In this document: piece by piece, positions 18,467-27,340 of the stretch | Layout: each line of letters starts with the position of its first letter | How positions within the stretch are numbered: position 1 is the first letter of the stretch | DNA from: an uncultured virus (IMG/VR IMGVR_UViG_2873337989_000001) | Taxonomy: Duplodnaviria > Heunggongvirae > Uroviricota > Caudoviricetes | Virus record (IMG/VR): IMGVR_UViG_2873337989_000001 | Length of the DNA: 59,363 nucleotides | Reading direction: 5' to 3' (one strand) | Notes under the pieces: generated by a model | What the model saw: the letters and a program-made list of their open reading frames with translations, nothing else | Told to the model about the DNA's origin: nothing | Database searches by the model: none | Translations under genes and position numbers: made by a program

Positions 18467-18653
18467 CCCCACATCCCCTCTTCGTTCCGTGCGTTCCGTG
18501 TTCGGGCTCTTGGGCTGGCCACCCGCCATGCGGGTCCCGGGGAGGGAGTCGGTGACGTCAGGTCCCCATCCTCAAACGTCGCCGTCTCCCTCATCTCCAG
18601 CAGGTTCGGCCAGCCCAAGAGCTCGTCTTCCGCGCGGCCCTACCAGGCGCGGC

Positions 18654-18691
18654 CCGGGTGTGGTGTCACCCCCCAGAGACACCACACCCGG
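18654..18691. terminator. hairpin
   Basis: CCGGGTGTGGTGTC...GACACCACACCCGG 14-bp stem. Confidence 0.7.
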
Positions 18692-18733
18692 CCAGCACAC
18701 CTCGGTAGGGCCGCGCGAGCTTTTGGACGCCCG

Positions 18734-19246
18734 CTACTCCTGGCTGGCGCGCACGGCTTCCAGGTCGAGGCGGATCTTGTCGGCGTGCCCGCGGTCAAGC
18801 GGGGTGCCCTTGCCCTTGTACAGCTGCTCGGCGACGGTGGTGGTGCCGGGCAGGTAGAACAGCCTCACCAGCGGTCGTGCGACCACCACGTAGGAGAACT
18901 GGCCGCCGGGGTCGTAGAACAGCTCGTTGGGGTCGGCCTTCTCGGGCTGCTGCCCGGCCGGGCTGTCGCCCCACACCAGGTCGACGAACTCGCCGCCCGG
19001 AGTGGCGAGCATCCGGATCTGCGGAGCAGGGCCCGGGTCGGCGGCGGGAGGCTTCGGAGCGGGCGGCGGGTCGATGGGCGCGGCCTGCGTCGGCGTCGGC
19101 CCCTCGCTGACCGGCGTGCTGGCTGGCTGCTCGGGCGCGGGTGGCTCGGGCTGGCCAGGCTCGACGAGGGCCTGGTCGGCGGGCGGAGCCTGCTCGCCAG
19201 TGCTGGGCTTTCTACGGGTGGCCGTCACCGCTGCCGTCCTCTCCAA
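18734..19246 (-). CDS. hypothetical Pro-rich protein
   Basis: codon usage; promoter motif upstream; start uncertain. Confidence 0.65.
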   Translation of the reverse strand: MERTAAVTATRRKPSTGEQAPPADQALVEPGQPEPPAPEQPASTPVSEGPTPTQAAPIDPPPAPKPPAADPGPAPQIRMLATPGGEFVDLVWGDSPAGQQPEKADPNELFYDPGGQFSYVVVARPLVRLFYLPGTTTVAEQLYKGKGTPLDRGHADKIRLDLEAVRASQE

Positions 19247-19292
19247 GAGTGTTCATGTCGCTGTCGCCGCTGACCCAAGCACAACGCCGCCT

Positions 19293-19877
19293 TTACGTCG
19301 CCTCGGCTGGCTGGTGGCGATGGCTGCGTCTGCGGTAACTCTTCAGGTGAGCGCCGTTGATGATGGTCCACACGTACTGAGGTGAGGTGCCCTGGTCGGC
19401 GGCGATCGCCGCGAGCGTCCACCCTTGGCGGCGCAGCGTCCGCATGCGGTCGTGGTCGTATTTGCGGTGAGAGCGGCGCGGGTCGAGACCCGCCCCGGCG
19501 ACCACCTTCTGAATCGTCGCCGAGGAGGTGCGGCACTCGGCGATGATCTGACTGTTGGACTTTCCCCGCCGCCAGGCCGCGAGGATGCTCCGCCGCTTCT
19601 CGGCGCTGATCCGGGAGGCGCGCGGCGCCCGACTGTCACGCATCCGCACCCCGGCATCTCGCAGCAGGACATGGACACGGCTGCGGGAGAACCCGGTCAT
19701 GTCCGCGATGTCCTGCAACGTCTTGCCCTGCTCGTACCAGGTGACGGCTTTGGTGATGTTGAACCAGCGCCGTGGCTGCTGGGGGAGGGAGGGGTGCGTG
19801 CGGCTCGGCCGGTGGAGCCGACGCTGCCGATGAGCAGAGACAGTGCGGGAGCCGGGCTCAGGAGGGTTGCTCGTCAT
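19293..19877 (-). CDS. multi-HTH DNA-binding protein, similar to 12836-13600
   Basis: YEQGKTLQDIADMTGFSRSRVH; GWTLAAIAADQGTSPQYV. Confidence 0.75.
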   Translation of the reverse strand: MTSNPPEPGSRTVSAHRQRRLHRPSRTHPSLPQQPRRWFNITKAVTWYEQGKTLQDIADMTGFSRSRVHVLLRDAGVRMRDSRAPRASRISAEKRRSILAAWRRGKSNSQIIAECRTSSATIQKVVAGAGLDPRRSHRKYDHDRMRTLRRQGWTLAAIAADQGTSPQYVWTIINGAHLKSYRRRSHRHQPAEAT

Positions 19878-19930
19878 GGGCGCGGACGGTAGCAAGATCC
19901 CTTCCTTGCGTCCCTCGCGCCCACAACCCA

Positions 19931-20527
19931 CTACTCCACTGGCCGCCACTGATGCTGCTGGTCGGTCTGGATGCGTTTCGCGGGAATGGTGAGCCGGATC
20001 TTCGCTATCTCCGCGCGGCCGCCGACTACCAGCTCGGCGTCCTGCACGAGATACGGGAACTCCTCCCCATCGATGAGCATCCGCCAACTCAACCCGTGCC
20101 GGCGGATCTGCACCAGCCCGGCCAGGGCACACGCGTCGTCGGCCAGGCCCAGACGGCGTCGGACGTTGGCGACCCAGTTCGGGTTGAGGTCGAATGTCCC
20201 CATGACCGGGTGCTCGACGGGGAGCGGCCAGGGCTCTCCCCTGTCCCCCGGGTCGGGGGTGAGCACGTTGTTGTCCAGTTGGACGCGGCAGGCCAGGAGC
20301 GACACCTGCAGGCGCGGCATGTCCTTGTCGAACGGAAGCCACGATTCGGGGGCGAGGTAGTACGGGAACTTCGACCCGTCGATCACCAGCGACCAGCCGC
20401 CCGAGGTCGAGGAGACTTCGATGTGCTGGGCGTAAAGGCCGTGGCCGTTGCTGCGCTCGAACGCCTCCATGGCCGGGCTCTGGAACTTCGAGCGAGGCTC
20501 GGCCGGTTCCGCGGTGGTGGTAGTCAC
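19931..20527 (-). CDS. hypothetical protein with internal duplication
   Basis: WSLVIDGSKFPYYL / WRMLIDGEEFPYLV; GAGGAG RBS. Confidence 0.7.
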   Translation of the reverse strand: MTTTTAEPAEPRSKFQSPAMEAFERSNGHGLYAQHIEVSSTSGGWSLVIDGSKFPYYLAPESWLPFDKDMPRLQVSLLACRVQLDNNVLTPDPGDRGEPWPLPVEHPVMGTFDLNPNWVANVRRRLGLADDACALAGLVQIRRHGLSWRMLIDGEEFPYLVQDAELVVGGRAEIAKIRLTIPAKRIQTDQQHQWRPVE

Positions 20528-20536
20528 TGATGCTCC

Positions 20537-20974
20537 TCAGGGGGCTGTGGTGGCGTGGCCAGCTTCGACCAGCGCCTCACCAAGGCTGATTCCGTCCGCT
20601 CCCGTGATGGTGGCCAGGTAGCGGCCGTACCGTTCCTTACGGTCTCGGAACGTCCGCACCCGGATGTCGGGCCCGTGCGCAGCCACCCAGGCCCGGGTGA
20701 ACTCCGCAGCCGCCTCCCCTTCGGGCGTGCCGAGTTCGGGCGAGTACACGCCGACCAGGCGAGCGCGGATCTTGTGGCTGGTGCCGAACCCGAGATCCAC
20801 CACAAGGTCGAGCGTGTCGCCGTCGACAACCTTGGCCACCATGGCGGCGTACACGTACAGGTCCGGCGGCGCCGGGGCCGCCTTGGGCTTGATGCAGCGG
20901 CAGCCGCTCGTGTGGGTGTGGCCGGTGCCAGCGTCGGATACAGGCGCTGGCACCGGTGCCATCTGTTCGATCAT
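20537..20974 (-). CDS. thermonuclease (SNase-fold) family protein
   Basis: KVVDGDTL...RLVGV.SPE...RYGRYLA...LVEAGHA. Confidence 0.9.
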   Translation of the reverse strand: MIEQMAPVPAPVSDAGTGHTHTSGCRCIKPKAAPAPPDLYVYAAMVAKVVDGDTLDLVVDLGFGTSHKIRARLVGVYSPELGTPEGEAAAEFTRAWVAAHGPDIRVRTFRDRKERYGRYLATITGADGISLGEALVEAGHATTAP

Positions 20975-22302
20975 CAGGAAGCGACGTAAGGAGTGAACGA
21001 GCCGTACACGAACGACTCGGGCCGGTCGCAGGCCAAGCCAATCCGCTCACTCGCCTTGATCGTTACCGTTCCCTCGATGAAGTTCATGCCGTGCTCCGTC
21101 GAGGCCTGCACGACCACGGTCTCCCTGTCGAACAGCTTGGCGCCGTACCCCCACGCGCCGAGCAGGTACTTGCCCTGCACCATGGCCGGGGTGTCGATGA
21201 CGTTGAGACGCCACACGCGCTTCTCGGCGCCGATCGCGACCGACACGGCGACGCGGTAGCCGCCCTGCTTGTCCTCCTCCAGCTCGACGTCCTCGAAGTC
21301 CAGAGGGTGCATGACGACACCGGACGGGTCGTAGTAGCTGAGGATGGCGCGGGTGAGGGCGCGGCGGATCTGGGCGGTCTTCTTGTCCGACGCCAGGCCG
21401 GTGTAGAGCTGGATGCCCGGGGTCTGGGTGATGCCGAGCAGGTTCTCGCCGAGCCCGTCACCAAAGAGGATCTGCTCGTCCTCCTTCAGCTTGACGCCGT
21501 CGATCAGGTCGCGCTCCAGGATGCCGCGCAGCCTGGACTCGTCGGCGAGGGTGTTCTTGTGGATCGTCTCGTAGTGGCCGATCTCCGAGATCGGGCGGGT
21601 GTACGGCTCGAACTGCAGCGACGAGCGCGGCGCGCGGCCCCACGTGTCGGTCGGGCCGCCGGTGGGCGCGCTCACGCCGTCCGCGGCACGCCGCTCGGGG
21701 ATCATGCCCGCGTTGTTGACGAAACCGGTCTGCCGGACACCGGAGATGATGTTGCTCGTGGTGGTCTCGGCGGGGAACAGGTCCCGCACCCGGTTGGGGC
21801 GGCGCTGACGCTCGCTGATGCCGACATTCTCGACGGTGCCGAAAGCGGGCGTGGTGTGCGTGCCACCCGACAGGGTGAACAGGTCCTTCTGCTCGAAGGA
21901 GTACAGGCCCTGGTCGATGGTGACGACGCCGCGCGGCTCACGGAAGTCACGCGCCTTCATCTCCTGATAGGCCTCCGACTCCAGGAAAGCCTGCGACAGG
22001 CTCTTACGCTCCAGGCCGCGCGCCGTGTTCGTGGCCAGCATGCCGGCGACCGGAGTGGAGGTGGGCTCTGCCAGGTAGGACAGGATGCCCGCGGCCTTCT
22101 CCTCGGTGATCAGCATCGCCTGGATCTGCTCAGCGCGATCCACCGACTTGAGGTAGTCGGTGTGCTGCTCCTTGGACAGGACGAAATGGCCGCGGCCGGT
22201 CTCGTCCTTCATGCTGTTCTGGATGCGCTCGATCTTGGAGCCCTCCTCCGCGAGGAGGCCCTTCAGTTCCTTGATCCGCGAGTTGGTGACGGTGGCAGTC
22301 AT
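20974..22302 (-). CDS. HK97-fold major capsid protein with delta domain
   Basis: N-terminal coiled coil; QILFGDGLGENLLGI, VVMHPLD, D..G.Y, ERIG..C.RPESFV. Confidence 0.92.
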   Translation of the reverse strand: MTATVTNSRIKELKGLLAEEGSKIERIQNSMKDETGRGHFVLSKEQHTDYLKSVDRAEQIQAMLITEEKAAGILSYLAEPTSTPVAGMLATNTARGLERKSLSQAFLESEAYQEMKARDFREPRGVVTIDQGLYSFEQKDLFTLSGGTHTTPAFGTVENVGISERQRRPNRVRDLFPAETTTSNIISGVRQTGFVNNAGMIPERRAADGVSAPTGGPTDTWGRAPRSSLQFEPYTRPISEIGHYETIHKNTLADESRLRGILERDLIDGVKLKEDEQILFGDGLGENLLGITQTPGIQLYTGLASDKKTAQIRRALTRAILSYYDPSGVVMHPLDFEDVELEEDKQGGYRVAVSVAIGAEKRVWRLNVIDTPAMVQGKYLLGAWGYGAKLFDRETVVVQASTEHGMNFIEGTVTIKASERIGLACDRPESFVYGSFTPYVAS

Positions 22303-22482
22303 CTGCCTCTACCCCCCGGTAACGGCTGACATTGGTGTGCGTTCGTGTGCGATCCGCGCCCGGTCAGCACCGGGACCCCCGTGATCAAGGCGGCAAGCTA
22401 GGCCAAAGCACTGCTTACGTCGCACGCCCGCCGTTATGGTGATCAAGCTCGGGGGTTGGAACGTCCCAATGTGGAGGATTTA

Positions 22483-23103
22483 GTGCCGCGTCACCGTCTT
22501 GCTTTCGCCGCCGCTGCCGCCCTCGCGGTGGCCGCTGGCCTCCCGGCCGCCCCCGCCGCCGGAGCCGTGCAGTCCCCGCCCGCCGCCAACACCGTGGCGG
22601 GCCCGGCCGAGGGCGCGGCCGCGTCGAAGATCCTCAAGTTCGGGCAGGCAGCCAAGATCATGAGCGAGAGCGGCAACCCGCTACGCATCTCGCCGATCGG
22701 CGTCTATTACCACCGGCCCACCTGGAAGCACGCGACCATGCCACGCAACAAGTACTTCGTGGCCATCGCCCTACGGGTCACGGCTCTGTCCAAGCCAGAC
22801 ACCATGCCGCCCGTGGCTGGCAGCTCCCAACTGCGCATCAAGCAGGGCGCCAAGGTCTTCACTTACAGCTCCGGCAAAGCGATGGAGGCGCCATGGGTCG
22901 GGCGGACCCCCGGAACGGAGGTGACGGCTCAGCCCGGCTCACCTGAGGTGATCTACTACTCGTTCGACCTGCCCAAGACGGGCGGCATCTTGGAATGGTC
23001 AGGCCCCGCCGGCGCGCACCGCTGGCAGATCCCTGCCAGCAACTCCGGCAAGGCCACCCACGAGGCTCTCCTCGACGCCATCGCCGACTACGAAGGCCGC
23101 TAA
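22483..23103 (+). CDS. secreted hypothetical protein (moron-like)
   Basis: signal-peptide-like N-terminus, GGAGG RBS; opposite strand to the head genes. Confidence 0.7.
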   Translation: MPRHRLAFAAAAALAVAAGLPAAPAAGAVQSPPAANTVAGPAEGAAASKILKFGQAAKIMSESGNPLRISPIGVYYHRPTWKHATMPRNKYFVAIALRVTALSKPDTMPPVAGSSQLRIKQGAKVFTYSSGKAMEAPWVGRTPGTEVTAQPGSPEVIYYSFDLPKTGGILEWSGPAGAHRWQIPASNSGKATHEALLDAIADYEGR

Positions 23104-23606
23104 GCCGAACCGGGAGCCTGCCACAGCGTGCGACCCACCGGCTCAGTGTCCCCACCAGCGCGCGGACGGGAAGGGCACGACCAGCCCCGCCGCGGCGGCC
23201 GTACCGCGACAGGCTCCCACCCGACCGCGCGCAGCGACGCGCCGTCCTCATCGGCGCGCGTGTAGGTGATCATCCGCTGGTATCCGAGAGCCTTGCCCGC
23301 CCGCCAGGCGGCGCCGTACAGGATGCTGCACGCGTTCCGGGTGCCGTCCGTGGCCACCCTGGTCACCTCCAGCGCCTCACCCGTGTCGAAGTGCCGGGCG
23401 ACAGGGCGGCCGACGATCGCCACGCCGACCAGCCGCCCACCCCGAACTTTGATCTCCTGCGCGCCGGAATCGAACTCCTCAACGCCGCCGTCGACGACAC
23501 CGATGGAGAACTTGTGGCCCCGCGGCGGCCGATGATGACGGTGGTGGCTGTCGACGAAGCCGCACGCCTGCGCGAACGTGACCGGGGCCAGGCGCAGTTC
23601 GCTCAC
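23100..23606 (-). CDS. XF1762-family (Mom-like GNAT) protein
   Basis: FV..HHRHH.PP.GHKFSIG...GVAIVGRPVAR..D....EVTR...NACS.LYGAAWR...GASLRA.GW. Confidence 0.8.
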   Translation of the reverse strand: MSELRLAPVTFAQACGFVDSHHRHHRPPRGHKFSIGVVDGGVEEFDSGAQEIKVRGGRLVGVAIVGRPVARHFDTGEALEVTRVATDGTRNACSILYGAAWRAGKALGYQRMITYTRADEDGASLRAVGWEPVAVRPPRRGWSCPSRPRAGGDTEPVGRTLWQAPGSA

Positions 23607-25063
23607 CTGGCCGCCAGGAACTCGAGGACAGCCCTCCCCGCGCCGAGTTCCTCGGCGGTGAGGTGCTTGAGTTCGTTGGGCATCGCCGAGGGGGCGGTGG
23701 AGTCCGGCATGATCGTCGGCTCAGGCGGCATCTCGGGCGGCTGATGCCTGGCGGGATCGTGCTCGTCCAGCTCCTCCCAGCCGCCAGCCTCTTTCATGAT
23801 CTCCTGCAGGATCTCGACGGCCTGCCGCATCCGCTTCAAGTTGCGGTCGGACAGGACACGGCCCGCCTTCGTCTCCCAGCGGCCGCCCTCCTGCTTCAGG
23901 CCCGGCTCCGGCACCTCGTCTGCGGGCGGTGTGCTGGCGTCGGCCGTACCGGCGAGAGGGAAGTCCTCATGGTCGTCTTCGACCGCGAGCGTTACCGCGC
24001 CGAACGTGACCGGCGTGGCCGCCACGGGGGAGGGGAGCGGGGTGCCGGGCTCCAGGTAGGTGAGGGTCATATGCGGGGTGAACCCGTGGTCGGCGGCATA
24101 CCAGATGCCTGCCTCGTCCAGCGCGGCCACGACCCGCTGGCGCAGCTCGGCCAGACCGGGCACATCGACGGGCACCCACGCGGGTACACCGTCCTCGCCC
24201 TCGGGGAAGGCGCCGATGCCGCCGATGATGCCCGACAAGGGCTCGGAGGCGGCGGCGACCTGCTCGACCACCACGGCAGCGTCAGCCAGGGCCGCCTCGT
24301 CCAGCCCCTTACCGAGGTAGGCGAGCGTCACATGCAGCTCCCCCGCCTCGAGTCCGCCGTCGACGGCGACGGCCTGGGCGACGTCGGCGGGGATGGTGAG
24401 CGACACCATCGCCCGAAGCTCGTCCACGCTCTGCGGCTCACCGGCAGCGTCGGCGCCGTCGTCGTAGCCGTCGAGCAGCTCATCCCACTCCCCAGCCAGG
24501 TCGGCCTTCGAGACGATGCCTGACTTCACGCTGAGCGTCATGGTGTGCGAGGCGGCGCCGAACAGCACCTGCGAGTACTCGAACCAATCCAGGTCATAGA
24601 TACGGCGGACGCCGCTCTTGGTGTCCTTGCGGGCGCCGCCGGGCGGCACCGAGTAGCCGATGGACCACTCACCCTCGCTGGACTCGCCGTAGAACTTGGC
24701 CTCTTCGTAGGCGTCCCGGCCCGCCTTGGTGTTCAGGTTGTAGAGAGCGCGCACGAACACCGCTCCCGCCTCGGCCGGCCACGGCTTGCCGTCCTTGGTG
24801 TGCTTGGGCAGCCTCGGATCGCCGGGCAGCCACTCTTCGTACTGTTCCGCCCGCGACACCCACTTCTTGGTGTCATGCGAGTGAATGCCCTTCGGGCGGC
24901 GTAGGGCGATCGTGCGCGTGAAGGCGCCCGGCATGATGATGTCGCCGACGTTGTCCTCGATGCCGGTGATGGAGACCAGGCAGCGCACGGTCCCCACGGG
25001 ATCGTCTGCTGCGATGGCCAGCGGTGAGACCGCGACCGACTTGTGTTCCAGCTGCACCGTCAT
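23603..25063 (-). CDS. HK97-type prohead protease fused to a 2H phosphoesterase (Acb1/LigT-like)
   Basis: D..GDII.PGAF...H...EWSIGY...FEYSQVLFGA; then LHVTLAY...FTPHMTLTY. Confidence 0.88.
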   Translation of the reverse strand: MTVQLEHKSVAVSPLAIAADDPVGTVRCLVSITGIEDNVGDIIMPGAFTRTIALRRPKGIHSHDTKKWVSRAEQYEEWLPGDPRLPKHTKDGKPWPAEAGAVFVRALYNLNTKAGRDAYEEAKFYGESSEGEWSIGYSVPPGGARKDTKSGVRRIYDLDWFEYSQVLFGAASHTMTLSVKSGIVSKADLAGEWDELLDGYDDGADAAGEPQSVDELRAMVSLTIPADVAQAVAVDGGLEAGELHVTLAYLGKGLDEAALADAAVVVEQVAAASEPLSGIIGGIGAFPEGEDGVPAWVPVDVPGLAELRQRVVAALDEAGIWYAADHGFTPHMTLTYLEPGTPLPSPVAATPVTFGAVTLAVEDDHEDFPLAGTADASTPPADEVPEPGLKQEGGRWETKAGRVLSDRNLKRMRQAVEILQEIMKEAGGWEELDEHDPARHQPPEMPPEPTIMPDSTAPSAMPNELKHLTAEELGAGRAVLEFLAAR

Positions 25064-25172
25064 GTTGGGCCCCCTCCCGGACGAAAGTCGCGGGAAGAGT
25101 GCCAGGACGGCGAGCTAACGTCGCCAGGAGCGGCAGAGCACGCCCAAAGGCGCGCGCTGCCGCTGGCCTGGG

Positions 25173-25793
25173 TCAGGCGTAGGTGAAGCCGCCCGCCTTG
25201 GACACCGTGCCTGCGTCGGTGGTCACCGCCACGGCGACGGCCCCCACCGTCTTCGCGGGCGTCTTGCACGTGATCCTGGTCTCGTCGACCACCACCACGC
25301 TGGTGGCGGCGGTCCCGCCGAACGTCACCGTCGTGCCGGGCGTGAAGTTCGCGCCGCGGACGGTCACCGTGGTGTCGCCCGCGGCCGCGCCGGTGGCCGG
25401 GGTCACCGAGCCGATGGTGGCGTCGGGGAAGCAACCGTTGAGCCGTGACGTCGGGATGAGCGCGTCCTTGGGGAAGCGCAGCTTCCGCTTGCCCTCTGGG
25501 AAGGACGTGCCGTCCAGACGGCTGCCCTCGTACAGGTTTTCGCTGACGCGGACAATCGGATCGGTCACCGGCACCGCAGCGGTCTTGGCGGTGGCCGCCG
25601 CCTTGGTGAGCTGGGTGCCGTTCGCGGCGTACAGAGCCATCATTACCCCCTGATTAGTGGAGGGGGTGGTGGACAGCTCGGCTGGGACGAGCACTGCGAC
25701 CGGCTGCCAGTGAAGCAGCAGGATGAGCAGGGCCGTCGCGCCGAGTATGACGCCGACGAGGAAGCCGACGCGCCACCTGATCCCCGAGTCCAT
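25173..25793 (-). CDS. IPT/TIG (Ig-like) domain protein; N-terminal TM or internal start at 25643
   Basis: I.SVTP.TG...G.T.VTV.G.NF...TVTFGG...ITC.TP...FTY. Confidence 0.8.
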   Translation of the reverse strand: MDSGIRWRVGFLVGVILGATALLILLLHWQPVAVLVPAELSTTPSTNQGVMMALYAANGTQLTKAAATAKTAAVPVTDPIVRVSENLYEGSRLDGTSFPEGKRKLRFPKDALIPTSRLNGCFPDATIGSVTPATGAAAGDTTVTVRGANFTPGTTVTFGGTAATSVVVVDETRITCKTPAKTVGAVAVAVTTDAGTVSKAGGFTYA

Positions 25794-25875
25794 GAGCGGG
25801 AGGGTGCCTGAGCCGTCCGCTTACGTCATCTTGCTTCTCCGGCGTCAAACGATCACAAAACGTTATTGTGGGTTC

Positions 25876-26844
25876 GTGCGACTCCCGGACACCGCAGCCC
25901 CTCCCCGTTGGATGCGCCTCAAGGTGTACGCCAGCCAGCTCGCCCGCCTGGTAGCCGCCCTTGCCGGGGCAGCACTCATTGGCGTGCTGGTATGGGTTCT
26001 TGGGCCTGGGGCCAAATGGACGCTCACGAACCTCGACGGGGTCACAGAGCTCAGCGGAGACAAGCTCGCGACTGCTCTCGATGCCATTCGAGGTCGAGCA
26101 TTAGCCATCCTTACAGGCATCGCGGCGCTGGTCGCTGTCTACTACACCGCAAGAAACGCGCGGACGGCTCGTGAAGCCCTACAGCTCAGCCAGGAAAATC
26201 TACGACTGAGTGAGCAAGGCCATGTCACTGACCGATACACCAAGGCTATCGAGCAACTAGGTTCAGAGAAGGCCGATATCCGCCTCGGTGGTATCTACGC
26301 CTTGGAGCGAATTGCTCACGACTCACCTCGCGACCGTCAGACAATCCTGGATGTCTTGTGTACCTTCGTCCGCGATCACTCGCACGACAAGGATTCTCGC
26401 CACCGGCCGGATGTTGGGGATCATCCGGACACTCCGCGTGTAACCCGGCCATCCTTAAGAGCAGACCTTGGGGCGGCTCTCAAGGTGATATCCAGGGCCG
26501 ACCGTTCGCCAGATGACCGAATCGACCTCAGCCAGGCGAACCTCCACGGCGTAGACCTCGTGCGAGGGAACTACAGCAGAGCCAACCTCTCATATACAAA
26601 CCTCACCCGCGCCAATCTTCTCAAAGCGAACCTATCGGGCTCGCTCATGCTGTTCACCGATTTCACACGGGCCCATCTTCAAGACGCCGACCTCCGCGAC
26701 GCGATACTCATGGGTACGAACTTTGCGAATGCGAACATTCGCGGCACGGACTTCCGTGGGGCCGACCGAGAAAAGGCCGAATGGTTAGGCGCGCATGACA
26801 GTGATGAAACTCTGTGGCATACAAACGACGACCTTCCCTCCTAG
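25876..26844 (+). CDS. membrane-anchored pentapeptide-repeat protein
   Basis: TDRYTKAIEQLGS...RLGGIYALERIA; A(N/D)Lxx repeats; lower GC. Confidence 0.88.
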   Translation: MRLPDTAAPPRWMRLKVYASQLARLVAALAGAALIGVLVWVLGPGAKWTLTNLDGVTELSGDKLATALDAIRGRALAILTGIAALVAVYYTARNARTAREALQLSQENLRLSEQGHVTDRYTKAIEQLGSEKADIRLGGIYALERIAHDSPRDRQTILDVLCTFVRDHSHDKDSRHRPDVGDHPDTPRVTRPSLRADLGAALKVISRADRSPDDRIDLSQANLHGVDLVRGNYSRANLSYTNLTRANLLKANLSGSLMLFTDFTRAHLQDADLRDAILMGTNFANANIRGTDFRGADREKAEWLGAHDSDETLWHTNDDLPS

Positions 26845-26869
26845 GCAGTCCCCGCTCAATCCCGAGCGA

Positions 26870-27121
26870 CTATTCTCTTACGATCTTTACTACCTGCGTC
26901 CAGGCCTGCAGCGCGGCCAGCACACTCACCGGTTCGCGCACGTCCAGAGCCGTGACCGGCTGGTGTGGGAAGACGATGTCGGCGCCCTGCCGCCCGGCCA
27001 GCAGGCCCACCACCTTCGGGGAGCCGGACACGATGCCGGTCGTGGCCGCCGCCTCCGGCCGCGCCCGGCCGACCGTGACCGCGTACGCCACCCCGTCGAC
27101 GTAGCCGTGAACCTCAAACAC
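26870..27121 (-). CDS. small hypothetical protein
   Basis: GTG start overlapping the upstream ORF end. Confidence 0.5.
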   Translation of the reverse strand: MFEVHGYVDGVAYAVTVGRARPEAAATTGIVSGSPKVVGLLAGRQGADIVFPHQPVTALDVREPVSVLAALQAWTQVVKIVRE

Positions 27122-27326
27122 GCTGACCGCCTTCCCCACCGTCGTAGTCGACGCTGCCCGACTCAGCCGGTACGACCGCCCGATACCCGGCGATGAACGC
27201 CCGAGACAGCGGCCCGCCCGCCGCCCGCCACGGGTTCTTCTCGATCCGGCCACCCTCGACGGCGACCGCCCGCCCAGCCAGCCGGGCGGCGCGTAGCCGC
27301 ACCTCCGACACCTGCTCCTGTCCCAT
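27114..27326 (-). CDS. small hypothetical protein
   Basis: GGAGGGG RBS just after the giant gene stop. Confidence 0.6.
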   Translation of the reverse strand: MGQEQVSEVRLRAARLAGRAVAVEGGRIEKNPWRAAGGPLSRAFIAGYRAVVPAESGSVDYDGGEGGQRV

Positions 27327-27340
27327 GGGCGATGCCCCTC

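Noticed and set aside
18554..18582. GCGACGTTT variant upstream of the adaptor gene
   Set aside because: Both elements deviate (hexamer GACGTC); possible but not counted
20981..20989. GCGACGTAA on + strand at the end of the capsid gene
   Set aside because: The hexamer at 14-nt spacing (GTACAC) does not fit, and it points antisense into coding sequence
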